Virus record (IMG/VR): IMGVR_UViG_3300032116_000002
Strand: one strand, 5' to 3'
DNA from: a virus
Lineage: Duplodnaviria > Caudoviricetes
Length of the DNA: 64,000 nt
Within the stretch, counting starts at the first letter, position 1, and each line of letters starts with the position of its first letter. The notes under the pieces were generated by a model that saw only the letters and a list, made by a program, of their open reading frames with translations, was not told the origin of the DNA and searched no databases. A program made the position numbers and the translations under genes. Below, in pieces: positions 1 through 7,657 of this stretch.

Positions 1-489
1 CTTTGTTCTACCCATTACTTCTTCGGTATCAAAATCAAAATAACATTGTGTTTTACTAATAATATCTTTGTTTACCCAATCCACATCTAACAATTTGTGA
101 AACTGGGGAACCAAACTAAAACATTCATTTTTAGTAATAAACCTTGTGTAAAGTTCATTGCTAAAATTGATCACCATAATGTCTGTAGAAACTACATTTT
201 CTTTTAGAAATTTATAGTAAGGAAATTTTGTTAATTCAACATAAGCCTGATCATACAAAAAACTTTCATGAGGATGCTCAGGGTATTGCTCTTTCATATA
301 GGTAAACATACGCTCAGCCATACTACTAGGCTGAGCGTACAGTGACATTAAACTTGTACCATGTGGAGGATACTTGTTTATTAAAACATTCCCACCTGCT
401 AGGTCATATCTTCTAATTACACTTGGACTATGTAATGAATCCCATAAATCACATGCACCAAAGTGAAAAATTCTAGGTCTTAAAATCAT
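1..489 (-). CDS. Hypothetical protein, 3'-truncated by window edge (MILRPRIFHFGACDLWDS...)
   Basis: Manual translation: ATG at 489 overlaps the HNH stop (ATGA at 486-489); frame stays open for 163 codons to position 1. Not in the ORF track. Confidence 0.8.
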   Translation of the reverse strand, partial: MILRPRIFHFGACDLWDSLHSPSVIRRYDLAGGNVLINKYPPHGTSLMSLYAQPSSMAERMFTYMKEQYPEHPHESFLYDQAYVELTKFPYYKFLKENVVSTDIMVINFSNELYTRFITKNECFSLVPQFHKLLDVDWVNKDIISKTQCYFDFDTEEVMGRTK

Positions 490-1043
490 GTAAGAATTCT
501 ACTATGTTTCGGAACCCCGCTTAATAAGTATTCCATTTGATCCGCAAGAATGTTTCTATTTTGCAAAATCATACTTTCAAAGTGATTAGGTTCATAAGGC
601 ACATAAAGTAGTTCCATTCTTGCTTCTTTAAGTGTCTTATTATCTTTTTTGTTATTACACGAAACACATGCAGTAACAACATTCATCCATGTATTTACTC
701 CACCTCTACTTTTGGGTAGGATGTGATCTCGGCTTAAATGATTACTGTTAGAGAAATGCCCTCCGCAGTATGCACATACATGACGGTCACGTCCAAACAA
801 TGTTTTGTTTGTCAATGCAACTTTGCCGTGTTTAGCCGGATCGAACCCATGTCCTTTGATTGCAATGATACTAGGAGTTTCAATGTAACTCAAACGTCCG
901 TCATTCTGAATTCCACCATGAAACTTTGCAACAACTTCACCTAGCGACCATGCAACCATATCTTTTGCAAAATATGTGATTGCATTTTCGTGCGAAATCC
1001 ATTGTCTAGGGATTCCGCCGATGTCCAACGCTAGTACCGACAT
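486..1043 (-). CDS. HNH endonuclease (McrA/COG1403-like) with PLMP/RRXRR-like N-terminus; IshB-like architecture
   Basis: CAYCG, SRDHILPKSRGG and WMNVVTACVSCNNKK form a Zn-finger HNH. The N-terminus VLALDIGGIP has the same spacing as the VFVLDxxGxPLMP motif. SD AAGGAG at 1050-1055. Confidence 0.9.
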   Translation of the reverse strand: MSVLALDIGGIPRQWISHENAITYFAKDMVAWSLGEVVAKFHGGIQNDGRLSYIETPSIIAIKGHGFDPAKHGKVALTNKTLFGRDRHVCAYCGGHFSNSNHLSRDHILPKSRGGVNTWMNVVTACVSCNNKKDNKTLKEARMELLYVPYEPNHFESMILQNRNILADQMEYLLSGVPKHSRILT

Positions 1044-1067
1044 GATTTTCTCCTTAAAAGTTAAATG

Positions 1068-1073
1068 TATTTA
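1068..1073 (-). promoter_or_regulatory. T4-like late promoter motif TAAATA upstream of the HNH gene
   Basis: CTAAATACATT lies 25 nt upstream of the ATG; the same motif recurs at many operon heads. Confidence 0.5.
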
Positions 1074-1136
1074 GACACTTTCAAATATAGTACTCATCCT
1101 CTTACATTCGGAGTGTAATGATGTTTCCTCTATGTC

Positions 1137-1322
1137 AAAAAGTGTATGGTAAAGCAAACTGATCCTATGTCATCGGTCATAGGGTTACACATGTTCATCA
1201 ATTTGCTTTATCATTCCCGTTTTACTCTGCTGTTACCGCCAGCACTTTCATCAGGGGCTCCGCCCGTTCGCAGCATGTTTACAGTGCGCTGCTGAGACCT
1301 CGTTTCTCTCACACCTAAACGT
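1137..1322 (-). ncRNA. Candidate structured non-coding RNA (~185 nt), family unknown
   Basis: ORF-free, GC-enriched stretch directly behind a sigma70 promoter. Hairpins: 1293-1297/1307-1311, 1270-1274/1288-1292, 1255-1258/1262-1265, 1228-1232/1240-1244, and a 14-bp stem 1150-1163/1197-1210 with inner 1164-1169/1178-1183. The mismatches become G-U pairs only on the minus strand. Confidence 0.6.
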
Positions 1323-1323
1323 G

Positions 1324-1473
1324 TTAAGATTCTAACACGGTATTGTCTTTATTGTCAACCTTTTCGCTAAAACCATAGAATTCTCTAATCCTTTCAAACT
1401 TTTCAGTTATCAATTTGTTAAGTTGTTCTTCTGATAATATATGGTTGTCAATATTATCTTTTTGATAATTCAT
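1324..1473 (-). CDS. Small 49-aa protein MNYQKDNIDNHILSEEQLNKLITEKFERIREFYGFSEKVDNKDNTVLES
   Basis: Manual translation; GGAG SD followed by an A-run before the ATG at 1473; TAA at 1324-1326. The 3' end overlaps a sigma70 promoter. Confidence 0.6.
   Translation of the reverse strand: MNYQKDNIDNHILSEEQLNKLITEKFERIREFYGFSEKVDNKDNTVLES
1329..1358 (-). promoter_or_regulatory. sigma70-type promoter TTGACA-18-TAGAAT
   Basis: -35 at 1353-1358, -10 at 1329-1334. A 7-bp inverted repeat (1320-1326/1333-1339) overlaps the -10. Confidence 0.7.
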
Positions 1474-1490
1474 TTTTTTCTCCATATAAC

Positions 1491-1524
1491 AAAAAACCCT
1501 GGGACTTTTTCAGTACCAGGGTTT
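1491..1524 (-). terminator. Intrinsic terminator (attenuator-type)
   Basis: AAACCCTGG-TACTGAAAAAGTC-CCAGGGTTT followed by TTTGTT on the minus strand. Confidence 0.85.
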
Positions 1525-1545
1525 AGATAATCTTACTATGAAACT

Positions 1546-1674
1546 TTACTTACCTAAACCCCCCAAGCCCTCAATAATATTGCGATCACTTGTTAAGGCA
1601 TAAAACCCTACAGGTGACCAAACCATTAGTGTTGGCTGATTAAAGGATATATGTTTACAAGTTAAGTTTCTCAT
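1546..1674 (-). CDS. Putative leader peptide, 42 aa (MRNLTCKHISFNQPTLMVWSPVGFYALTSDRNIIEGLGGLGK)
   Basis: ATG at 1674 lies 8 nt after TAAATA (1683-1688). The last codons (1552-1561) are complementary to the 5' arm of the downstream terminator (1519-1528). Confidence 0.6.
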   Translation of the reverse strand: MRNLTCKHISFNQPTLMVWSPVGFYALTSDRNIIEGLGGLGK

Positions 1675-1746
1675 AGTAAATCTATTTAGTCCTGATGATA
1701 ATATTGTACTATTTATCGCATTAAAATGCAAGTTTTCATTTGCCCA

Positions 1747-1935
1747 TTAATTCTTTTTAAAACTAGAACACATCATCTCAAAATCCTGTTGTCTGGACTG
1801 GATTTGACTATATGACGCTTTTGGGTTTCGTTCTCTGTACGAAGTTTTTTCTTTTTCAATACATTCGTTGTATGGATCGGAGCATCCCGCCAATGACATT
1901 AAAATTAACAATCCAATTAATATTGCTTGTAACAT
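1747..1935 (-). CDS. Small lipoprotein
   Basis: Hydrophobic N-terminus with lipobox LAGC; SD upstream. Confidence 0.7.
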   Translation of the reverse strand: MLQAILIGLLILMSLAGCSDPYNECIEKEKTSYRERNPKASYSQIQSRQQDFEMMCSSFKKN

Positions 1936-1943
1936 AATTTCTC

Positions 1944-2198
1944 CTACTCAATTACCCATGGCCTAAAAGTTGTGTCTATTTTAATAGGCTTTTTGGGCTT
2001 CTCATGATTATTTATGACAACAACTTCGGGAATTTCATTGTTATAAAGTACAGAAAAACCAGTAAACTGATTGTCCTTAATGTTTGCTGTTATTTTCTGT
2101 ACAGTTTTGCCAGTTTTATCTTCTACGTATTGTTTTAATATACCTTCAACTAGTTCCTTTGTGAGGGTGGAAGTACTCTCAATGACTATATCATCCAT
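1944..2198 (-). CDS. Hypothetical protein, 84 aa
   Basis: ORF with GGAG SD, co-oriented with its neighbours. Confidence 0.7.
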   Translation of the reverse strand: MDDIVIESTSTLTKELVEGILKQYVEDKTGKTVQKITANIKDNQFTGFSVLYNNEIPEVVVINNHEKPKKPIKIDTTFRPWVIE

Positions 2199-2222
2199 AT
2201 ATTTCTCCGTTATTAAGTGTAC

Positions 2223-2408
2223 TTATTCGCTAGAAATTTTGCCCCAATTAAATTTCAACCACAGTCTTTCATGTATGTAATGTGCTATGGTCATAAAGAT
2301 GTTTATAACTATTGCTCCACTTAGTCCTGTCCATATTGCAGTAACCAATGTAGCTACGATTCTCCAAGTTATTGCTCTAATGATTGTTCTTTTGTGTGTT
2401 TCTGTCAT
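2223..2408 (-). CDS. Small membrane protein, DUF2061-like
   Basis: RTIIRAITWRIVATL...HYIHERLW pattern typical of DUF2061. Confidence 0.7.
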   Translation of the reverse strand: MTETHKRTIIRAITWRIVATLVTAIWTGLSGAIVINIFMTIAHYIHERLWLKFNWGKISSE

Positions 2409-2417
2409 TGTATCTCC

Positions 2418-2441
2418 AAAATAAAAGCCCCTTTCGGGGCT
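2418..2441 (-). terminator. Intrinsic terminator after ahpD
   Basis: AGCCCC-GAAA-GGGGCT followed by TTTATTTT on the minus strand. Confidence 0.85.
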
Positions 2442-2444
2442 ATG

Positions 2445-2963
2445 TTAATTACTCAATAACCTTGCTACAGAGGTCATAACCGCTGCTATTCGCCCTATAT
2501 CTCGTAATTGTTCTACTGTATATCCTTCTTTTTTAAGTGTTTCATAATGTGCCTTAACACAAAAATGACACTTACCTACTATACTTGCTGCAAGACTATA
2601 TGCCTCAAATCTTGCTTTGGTTGTACCACCATGCGTTGCAATCGCATTCATACGCAACTGTGCTGGCAAACCTTTTAATTGTTCATCATCTGCCATTTCA
2701 ACATATGGATACCATACATTGTTTTGTGCCATAATACTAGCTGCTGTTAGTGCTGCATCAGCCTCTTTACGATCACTTAATTGGCTGTGAACCCATGTCC
2801 AAAATTTTGAATTGCCAGTTGCAAATGCTGCTGCAAGTGCCACTGCCTCTGCTTCTTCAACTGGTAACGTACTACGTTTAATTACTGCATCTATGTTTAG
2901 TTTTGTATCCTTAGCGTATTCAGGAATACTTTGTTCTTTTAATGCGTCTACCCATGCTGTCAT
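2445..2963 (-). CDS. ahpD: Alkylhydroperoxidase AhpD
   Basis: YAKDTKLN, AQNNVWYPY, LRMN and EAYSLAASIVGKCHFCVKAH (CxxC..H) motifs. Confidence 0.92.
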   Translation of the reverse strand: MTAWVDALKEQSIPEYAKDTKLNIDAVIKRSTLPVEEAEAVALAAAFATGNSKFWTWVHSQLSDRKEADAALTAASIMAQNNVWYPYVEMADDEQLKGLPAQLRMNAIATHGGTTKARFEAYSLAASIVGKCHFCVKAHYETLKKEGYTVEQLRDIGRIAAVMTSVARLLSN

Positions 2964-3355
2964 TTTGTTAAAACTCCTAGTTGTCTATATCCTTTATATG
3001 TAGGATGGACCTTATCGGGAGATAGTTCAGGAATAATAATAAAAGTATCACCAAAATGTCTAGCAATTTTTTTAACCAACTCTTGTTTCTCTGGTTTAAT
3101 TGCAGGTACTATCCAAAATACTTGATCTGAATTAACATGAGTTCTTAATGCGACCAATTCTATTTCAGTGTTTAAGTTTTTAAAATCATTACTCCCTAAA
3201 CTAATAATTGTAGTTTTGGCAGGCTTGATTTTTTTAACATATGCATCATTCCAGTCTTTGCTATTGATACCACTCTGAGCATAAGCCACGCACTCAGTAC
3301 GTACTTGGCTTATACCCTTTGCTATGCTATCTCCTAAGATAAGGCACTCTATCAT
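2960..3355 (-). CDS. Minimal SGNH/GDSL-like hydrolase
   Basis: ILGDSI (block I), SLGSND (block III), DKVHP (block V). Confidence 0.75.
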   Translation of the reverse strand: MIECLILGDSIAKGISQVRTECVAYAQSGINSKDWNDAYVKKIKPAKTTIISLGSNDFKNLNTEIELVALRTHVNSDQVFWIVPAIKPEKQELVKKIARHFGDTFIIIPELSPDKVHPTYKGYRQLGVLTK

Positions 3356-3888
3356 TATAGTGTCTCGCCACCAACTGAACGGTTACATGCACATAATTCA
3401 CCTGTTTGTAGTGCATCTAGTACACGCAATGTTTCTTCTGGGCTACGACCAACATTTAGGTTATTAACAGTAACGTGTTGGATTACATTGTCTGGATCAA
3501 CAATAAATGTTGCACGGAGTGCTGCACCTGCAGGGGCGTAGAAAATGCCAAGCTGATTGATTAAGCTTAGTTCACCGCGCTGTGTATCTGCAAATTGTAC
3601 ATGTGTAATTTTTGCTAGATCAGGGTGTGCTTTCTGCCATGCTAATTTGCAGAATTCATTGTCTGTTGAACCAGTCAATAATACTGCATCACGGTCTTTG
3701 AAATCATTTGCCAACTTATCGTATGCTACGATTTCTGTTGGGCAAACAAATGTGAAATCTTTTGGGTAGTAAACGATAACTTTCCATTTACCTTCAAAAC
3801 TTGTGTCGGTAATGTCAAAAAACTGATCACTACCTGGGTTGACGCCGGTTACGGCAAATTTTTCAATGGTATCACCAACTGTTTTCAT
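3355..3888 (-). CDS. ahpC: 2-Cys peroxiredoxin AhpC
   Basis: YPKDFTFVCPTEI peroxidatic motif, ALRATFIVDP, GELCACN resolving Cys. Confidence 0.95.
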   Translation of the reverse strand: MKTVGDTIEKFAVTGVNPGSDQFFDITDTSFEGKWKVIVYYPKDFTFVCPTEIVAYDKLANDFKDRDAVLLTGSTDNEFCKLAWQKAHPDLAKITHVQFADTQRGELSLINQLGIFYAPAGAALRATFIVDPDNVIQHVTVNNLNVGRSPEETLRVLDALQTGELCACNRSVGGETL

Positions 3889-3984
3889 TTGTGTCTCCTT
3901 ATGTGTGAATGAAATTATAATAAGCTATCTATTATAATCTAGTTATTTAGCTTTTTTAAATAGTTTGGGTAAATACTTTTCGAT

Positions 3985-3990
3985 TAAATA
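3985..3990 (+). promoter_or_regulatory. Late promoter motif TAAATA heading the enzyme cluster
   Basis: 5 nt upstream of ATG 3996 with no SD. A divergent minus-strand copy lies at 3944-3949. Confidence 0.55.
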
Positions 3991-3995
3991 CATAG

Positions 3996-5576
3996 ATGAG
4001 TGGATTAGCGTTTAACCCAAATGCATATGATATCGTGTTTTTAAGCTACGATGAACCAAACGCCGACGAAAACTATCAGCATTTACTCTCAATAAAACCC
4101 AAAGCAAAACGTGTGCATTGTGTCAAGGGTAGTGACGCAGCGCATAAAGCCTGTGCGGAGTTAGCTACTACAGATAGAGTTGTAATTGTAGACGGTGATA
4201 ACAAAGTTCTACCATCATTATTCAAACGTAATGTTTGGATAAAGCAAGGATATTTTGACTGGGATGATAAAGTTTTTAGCTATAGTAGTCTAAACTCAAT
4301 CAATGGCACAAGTTATGGAAACGGTGGCGTTAAGTGTTGGCCCGTGGAAAAAATTTTGGCTATGCGAACTCACGAAATCAGTGAGGATGAAAATGTAAGT
4401 GTAGATTTTGATTTTGATAGTTATCTACAATTGAACACTATCGGCAGTCATACTGTCGTTAATAGTAATCCATTACAAGCATGGCGTGCAGGATTCCGTG
4501 ATGCAGTGAAGTTATTCATGAGTGGCAATGGTACGTTTGATGACGTAGATTGGCGCAATATGGATAGATTGTATAGTTGGATGCATATAGGTGCTGATGT
4601 TGAGAATGGATTATGGGCATGTTATGGTGCAAGATTAGGATGCTATTTGATACAGCGTGGTTATGACCATCATGAATTGTGCGATTTTGATAGATTAAAT
4701 GATACATTTAAAATGTATTACGCAGCATCACACAATAACTTAGAAAAGGCATGCAATAATTTATCTATATTGCTTAATCATAGATATGTAGGTAAGGTGT
4801 TCAGTCCTGAACAAAGTATTGAATACAAAGAAAATATTAAACCACCTGTTCGTAGTCCTGAACATTTTGTAGCAGGGAATAAAGATCCTGAGTATGACAT
4901 AGTTTTTATAAGTTATGATGAATCAAATGCTGATGAGAATTATGAAAAATTATTATGTAGGTTTCCTAGAGCAAAAAGAGTACATGGAGTAAAAGGTATA
5001 CACAATGCACACAAAGAGGCTGCATTGTTATGTTCTACTGATTACTTTTGGGTAGTAGATGCAGACGCAGAGATAGTAGATAGTTTTAATTTTGATTATG
5101 TTGTACCTTTCTTTGACTTAGCAAGAGTTAGAGTATGGCGTTGTAAGAATCCTATCAATGATCTTGTATATGGATACGGTGGTGTTAAGTTGTTACCTAG
5201 ATGTTTAGTAAATAAAATGGATGTTAACACTACTGATATGACAAGTAGCATAAGCAAACATTATGAACCAGTGCAAGAGTTAAGCAACATCACAAAATTT
5301 AACACTGATCCATTTACTACATGGCGCAGTGCATTTAGAGAATGTGTTAAGTTAAGTAGTCAAACTATTCAAGGGCAGGTATCACAAGAAACATTAGAAA
5401 GATTAGACATTTGGTGCAGTGTAGGTATAGATAAAGAATATGGCAAGTATGCTATTCAAGGTGCCAAACAAGGTAGAGAATACGGTTTAGAAAACAAAAA
5501 TAATAATGAAGCATTAAGAAAGATTAATGATTATAGTTGGTTAAAAGAATTATATGAAAGAACAGTTAGCGTTTAG
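3996..5576 (+). CDS. Tandem two-domain GT-A-like glycosyltransferase/nucleotidyl-sugar-binding protein
   Basis: Two homologous halves, each with YDIVF(L/I)SYDE..ADENY, RVH.VKG, a DxD motif (VDGD / VDAD), YG.GGVK and AW..FR..VKL. Confidence 0.65.
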   Translation: MSGLAFNPNAYDIVFLSYDEPNADENYQHLLSIKPKAKRVHCVKGSDAAHKACAELATTDRVVIVDGDNKVLPSLFKRNVWIKQGYFDWDDKVFSYSSLNSINGTSYGNGGVKCWPVEKILAMRTHEISEDENVSVDFDFDSYLQLNTIGSHTVVNSNPLQAWRAGFRDAVKLFMSGNGTFDDVDWRNMDRLYSWMHIGADVENGLWACYGARLGCYLIQRGYDHHELCDFDRLNDTFKMYYAASHNNLEKACNNLSILLNHRYVGKVFSPEQSIEYKENIKPPVRSPEHFVAGNKDPEYDIVFISYDESNADENYEKLLCRFPRAKRVHGVKGIHNAHKEAALLCSTDYFWVVDADAEIVDSFNFDYVVPFFDLARVRVWRCKNPINDLVYGYGGVKLLPRCLVNKMDVNTTDMTSSISKHYEPVQELSNITKFNTDPFTTWRSAFRECVKLSSQTIQGQVSQETLERLDIWCSVGIDKEYGKYAIQGAKQGREYGLENKNNNEALRKINDYSWLKELYERTVSV

Positions 5577-6549
5577 CGATATACCTTTCAATGACATTGT
5601 TAGATTTGGTCAGGCAACTATGCTTGATGACACACTGTTTTCTATAAGTTGGATATTAGGAAGATTTTGTAACTATAAATGCAGTTATTGTTGGCCATAC
5701 GCAAGAAATGATACACCAGATCATCAAGAACTAGAAACATATTTAAAAACAATAGATGAAATAAAAAGACAAGCCAGACAAAATGGCTTCAATAAATTTC
5801 ATTGGTCATTCAGTGGCGGCGAACCAACAGCGTATAAACATTTACTTGAATTAGTAAAGCATGTTGATGATGGACCTGGTACTCCATATCAAAGCATCCA
5901 CATGACTACTAACTTAAGTCCTAGTAGGCGTTGGTGGAAAAATTATGCTGAGATAACTAGCATGTTACAAAGGCGTAGTATCACTGCAAGCTTTCATGAT
6001 GAGTTCGCAAAAGAAATTGAGTTTGGTGATAAGATATTACAATTAACCGAAGATGATGTATTCGTAACTATTAATCAAGTTATGGTTCCGTCAAAGTTTT
6101 ATGAGTTATACGAAAGATTGTGTCGTTTTGCAGCACGTGGAATTAATGTCACACTCAAGCCACAAAGCGATCCTACAGCTAGTTTTGTAGTTGACGGATA
6201 CAGTGAAGATATGATAAAATTAATGCGTGATGGCTTCCCTCAACATGCAAAAAATCAAGAAGTAATGCAAGTAAAACTTATTGATAAAGATAATAAAGTT
6301 TGGTATATGGATCAAGCAGAAAGATTTAATGCGTTTGGTTTCAACAAATTTAAAGATTGGATGTGTAATTCAGGGTATCAAGGTTTAGTTATTAGAGAGA
6401 ATGAAGTAAAACGAAGCTATAGTTGTAGAGATGAAATATTAGGGACATTAGACGGTGGATTTAAATTATTTGATAGTCCTAAAATATGTATCACAGACAG
6501 TTGTGTGAGTTCCGCAGATAGTAAATTACCAAAATGCAAATCGATTTAG
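5554..6549 (+). CDS. Radical SAM enzyme with Cys-rich C-terminal (twitch-like) domain
   Basis: CNYKCSYC, FSGGEPT; C-terminal CNSG...SC...C..DSC. Confidence 0.9.
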   Translation: MKEQLAFSDIPFNDIVRFGQATMLDDTLFSISWILGRFCNYKCSYCWPYARNDTPDHQELETYLKTIDEIKRQARQNGFNKFHWSFSGGEPTAYKHLLELVKHVDDGPGTPYQSIHMTTNLSPSRRWWKNYAEITSMLQRRSITASFHDEFAKEIEFGDKILQLTEDDVFVTINQVMVPSKFYELYERLCRFAARGINVTLKPQSDPTASFVVDGYSEDMIKLMRDGFPQHAKNQEVMQVKLIDKDNKVWYMDQAERFNAFGFNKFKDWMCNSGYQGLVIRENEVKRSYSCRDEILGTLDGGFKLFDSPKICITDSCVSSADSKLPKCKSI

Positions 6550-7124
6550 AACACATATTATTTTGGATGGATGCTATTCGCAATAGCGAAGATCCTAAAC
6601 GCACTTTAGAAAGTTTCTGGAAAGGTCAGATCAAAAGCAAAGCCTGGCTGATAAGAGAAATGGGTGTGTTTATAGGTAAGCCAGTTACTATAGATATATT
6701 TGGTGGCTGGAACGGAGTGCTTGCTAGTATGTTGTTTCATGCTGCATATCCTGTAAAGTCTATTCGTAGTATTGACATTGATCCAAAATGCGAAGAAACT
6801 GCTAATACGATGAATAAGATTGAGCATATGGCGGGTAGATTTGTAGCAGTTACAGAGGATATGTGTGATTCTATTAGTGAGGCAGATGTAGTAATCAATA
6901 CTAGTTGCGAACATATTTCTCAAGACCAGTACAAAAGTTGGCTAAATAGATTACCTGCCAAAAGTTTGATTGTACTGCAAAGTAACAATTACCAAATAGA
7001 TGAGCATGTACGGATAGCTAACACACTAGATGAATTCATTGAACAATCAGAATTAAATGTTTCATTTTCTGGTGAGTTAGAGTTACCATTGTACAAAAGA
7101 TTTATGATTATAGGGAGAAAATAG
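6534..7124 (+). CDS. Class I SAM-dependent methyltransferase-like protein
   Basis: DIFGGWNG (motif I variant), SIDID (acidic motif II), DVVINTSCEH. Confidence 0.65.
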   Translation: MQIDLEHILFWMDAIRNSEDPKRTLESFWKGQIKSKAWLIREMGVFIGKPVTIDIFGGWNGVLASMLFHAAYPVKSIRSIDIDPKCEETANTMNKIEHMAGRFVAVTEDMCDSISEADVVINTSCEHISQDQYKSWLNRLPAKSLIVLQSNNYQIDEHVRIANTLDEFIEQSELNVSFSGELELPLYKRFMIIGRK

Positions 7125-7657
7125 TGCTAAAAAAGGTTCACTTAGATTTTGACTTTAGTAAACTATTGTCAGCGGATTATACTCAGCACTGCGGTAGCTG
7201 TATTAAACATCAGGTTCATGAATTGAATGATATACATGAGCAATATGGTGGCTTCCCTGAATCATACTCGTTTGAAAATACTAAGATACATCAACTATGG
7301 TGGGATGATACACAAATAGATTATAAAGAATTGGGTGAGAAGTTAGGTATGGAAGTAATCACAGTGAGTACAATCATGCAGCCACCTGGTTGTACTGTGC
7401 CATTACACCGTGATACTTTTTATCAAATCAATACACGTTATCCAGATAGAAAAGAATTAAAAGTTCGTGCAAACATATATCTAGAGGACTATAAAATAGG
7501 TCAATTCATTCAATACCAAGAAAACAATGGCTATACAACTAGTGTAGATTGGGTAACAGGTGATGGCTTCATTTGGGATAGCGAAGTTTTACATTTAAGC
7601 ACCAACGGTGGTATGCAAAACAAATATACAATGCAAGTGTCAGGATTTTTATTGTGA
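7124..7657 (+). CDS. 2OG-Fe(II)/cupin oxygenase-like protein
   Basis: QPPGCTVPLHRD and distal LHLSTNGG (HxD...H triad); GTG start with SD. Confidence 0.7.
   Translation: MLKKVHLDFDFSKLLSADYTQHCGSCIKHQVHELNDIHEQYGGFPESYSFENTKIHQLWWDDTQIDYKELGEKLGMEVITVSTIMQPPGCTVPLHRDTFYQINTRYPDRKELKVRANIYLEDYKIGQFIQYQENNGYTTSVDWVTGDGFIWDSEVLHLSTNGGMQNKYTMQVSGFLL

Noticed and set aside
486-1043. Full IscB/Cas9-like nuclease or IS200/605 element
   Set aside because: Only 185 aa, with no RuvC motifs, bridge helix, tnpA or recognisable IS ends.
1112-1138. Second sigma70 promoter (TTGACA 1133-1138, TACACT 1112-1117)
   Set aside because: The spacer is only 15 nt.
1212-1311. Hammerhead ribozyme (CTGATGA at 1247-1253 and GAAAC...GTC on the minus strand)
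   Set aside because: Stems I-III cannot be assembled around the core in any permutation: there is no GAAA after the downstream hairpin, and the bases after GTC do not pair with those before CTGATGA.
1293-1311. HDV-like/theta ribozyme (ACCTCGT loop on the plus strand)
   Set aside because: No P1 partner or P1.1 GG follows, and the G-U evidence favours the minus strand.
1044-1545. tRNA, tmRNA or known riboswitch
   Set aside because: No cloverleaf with a T-loop and acceptor stem, and no SAM, TPP, cobalamin or T-box consensus found by eye.
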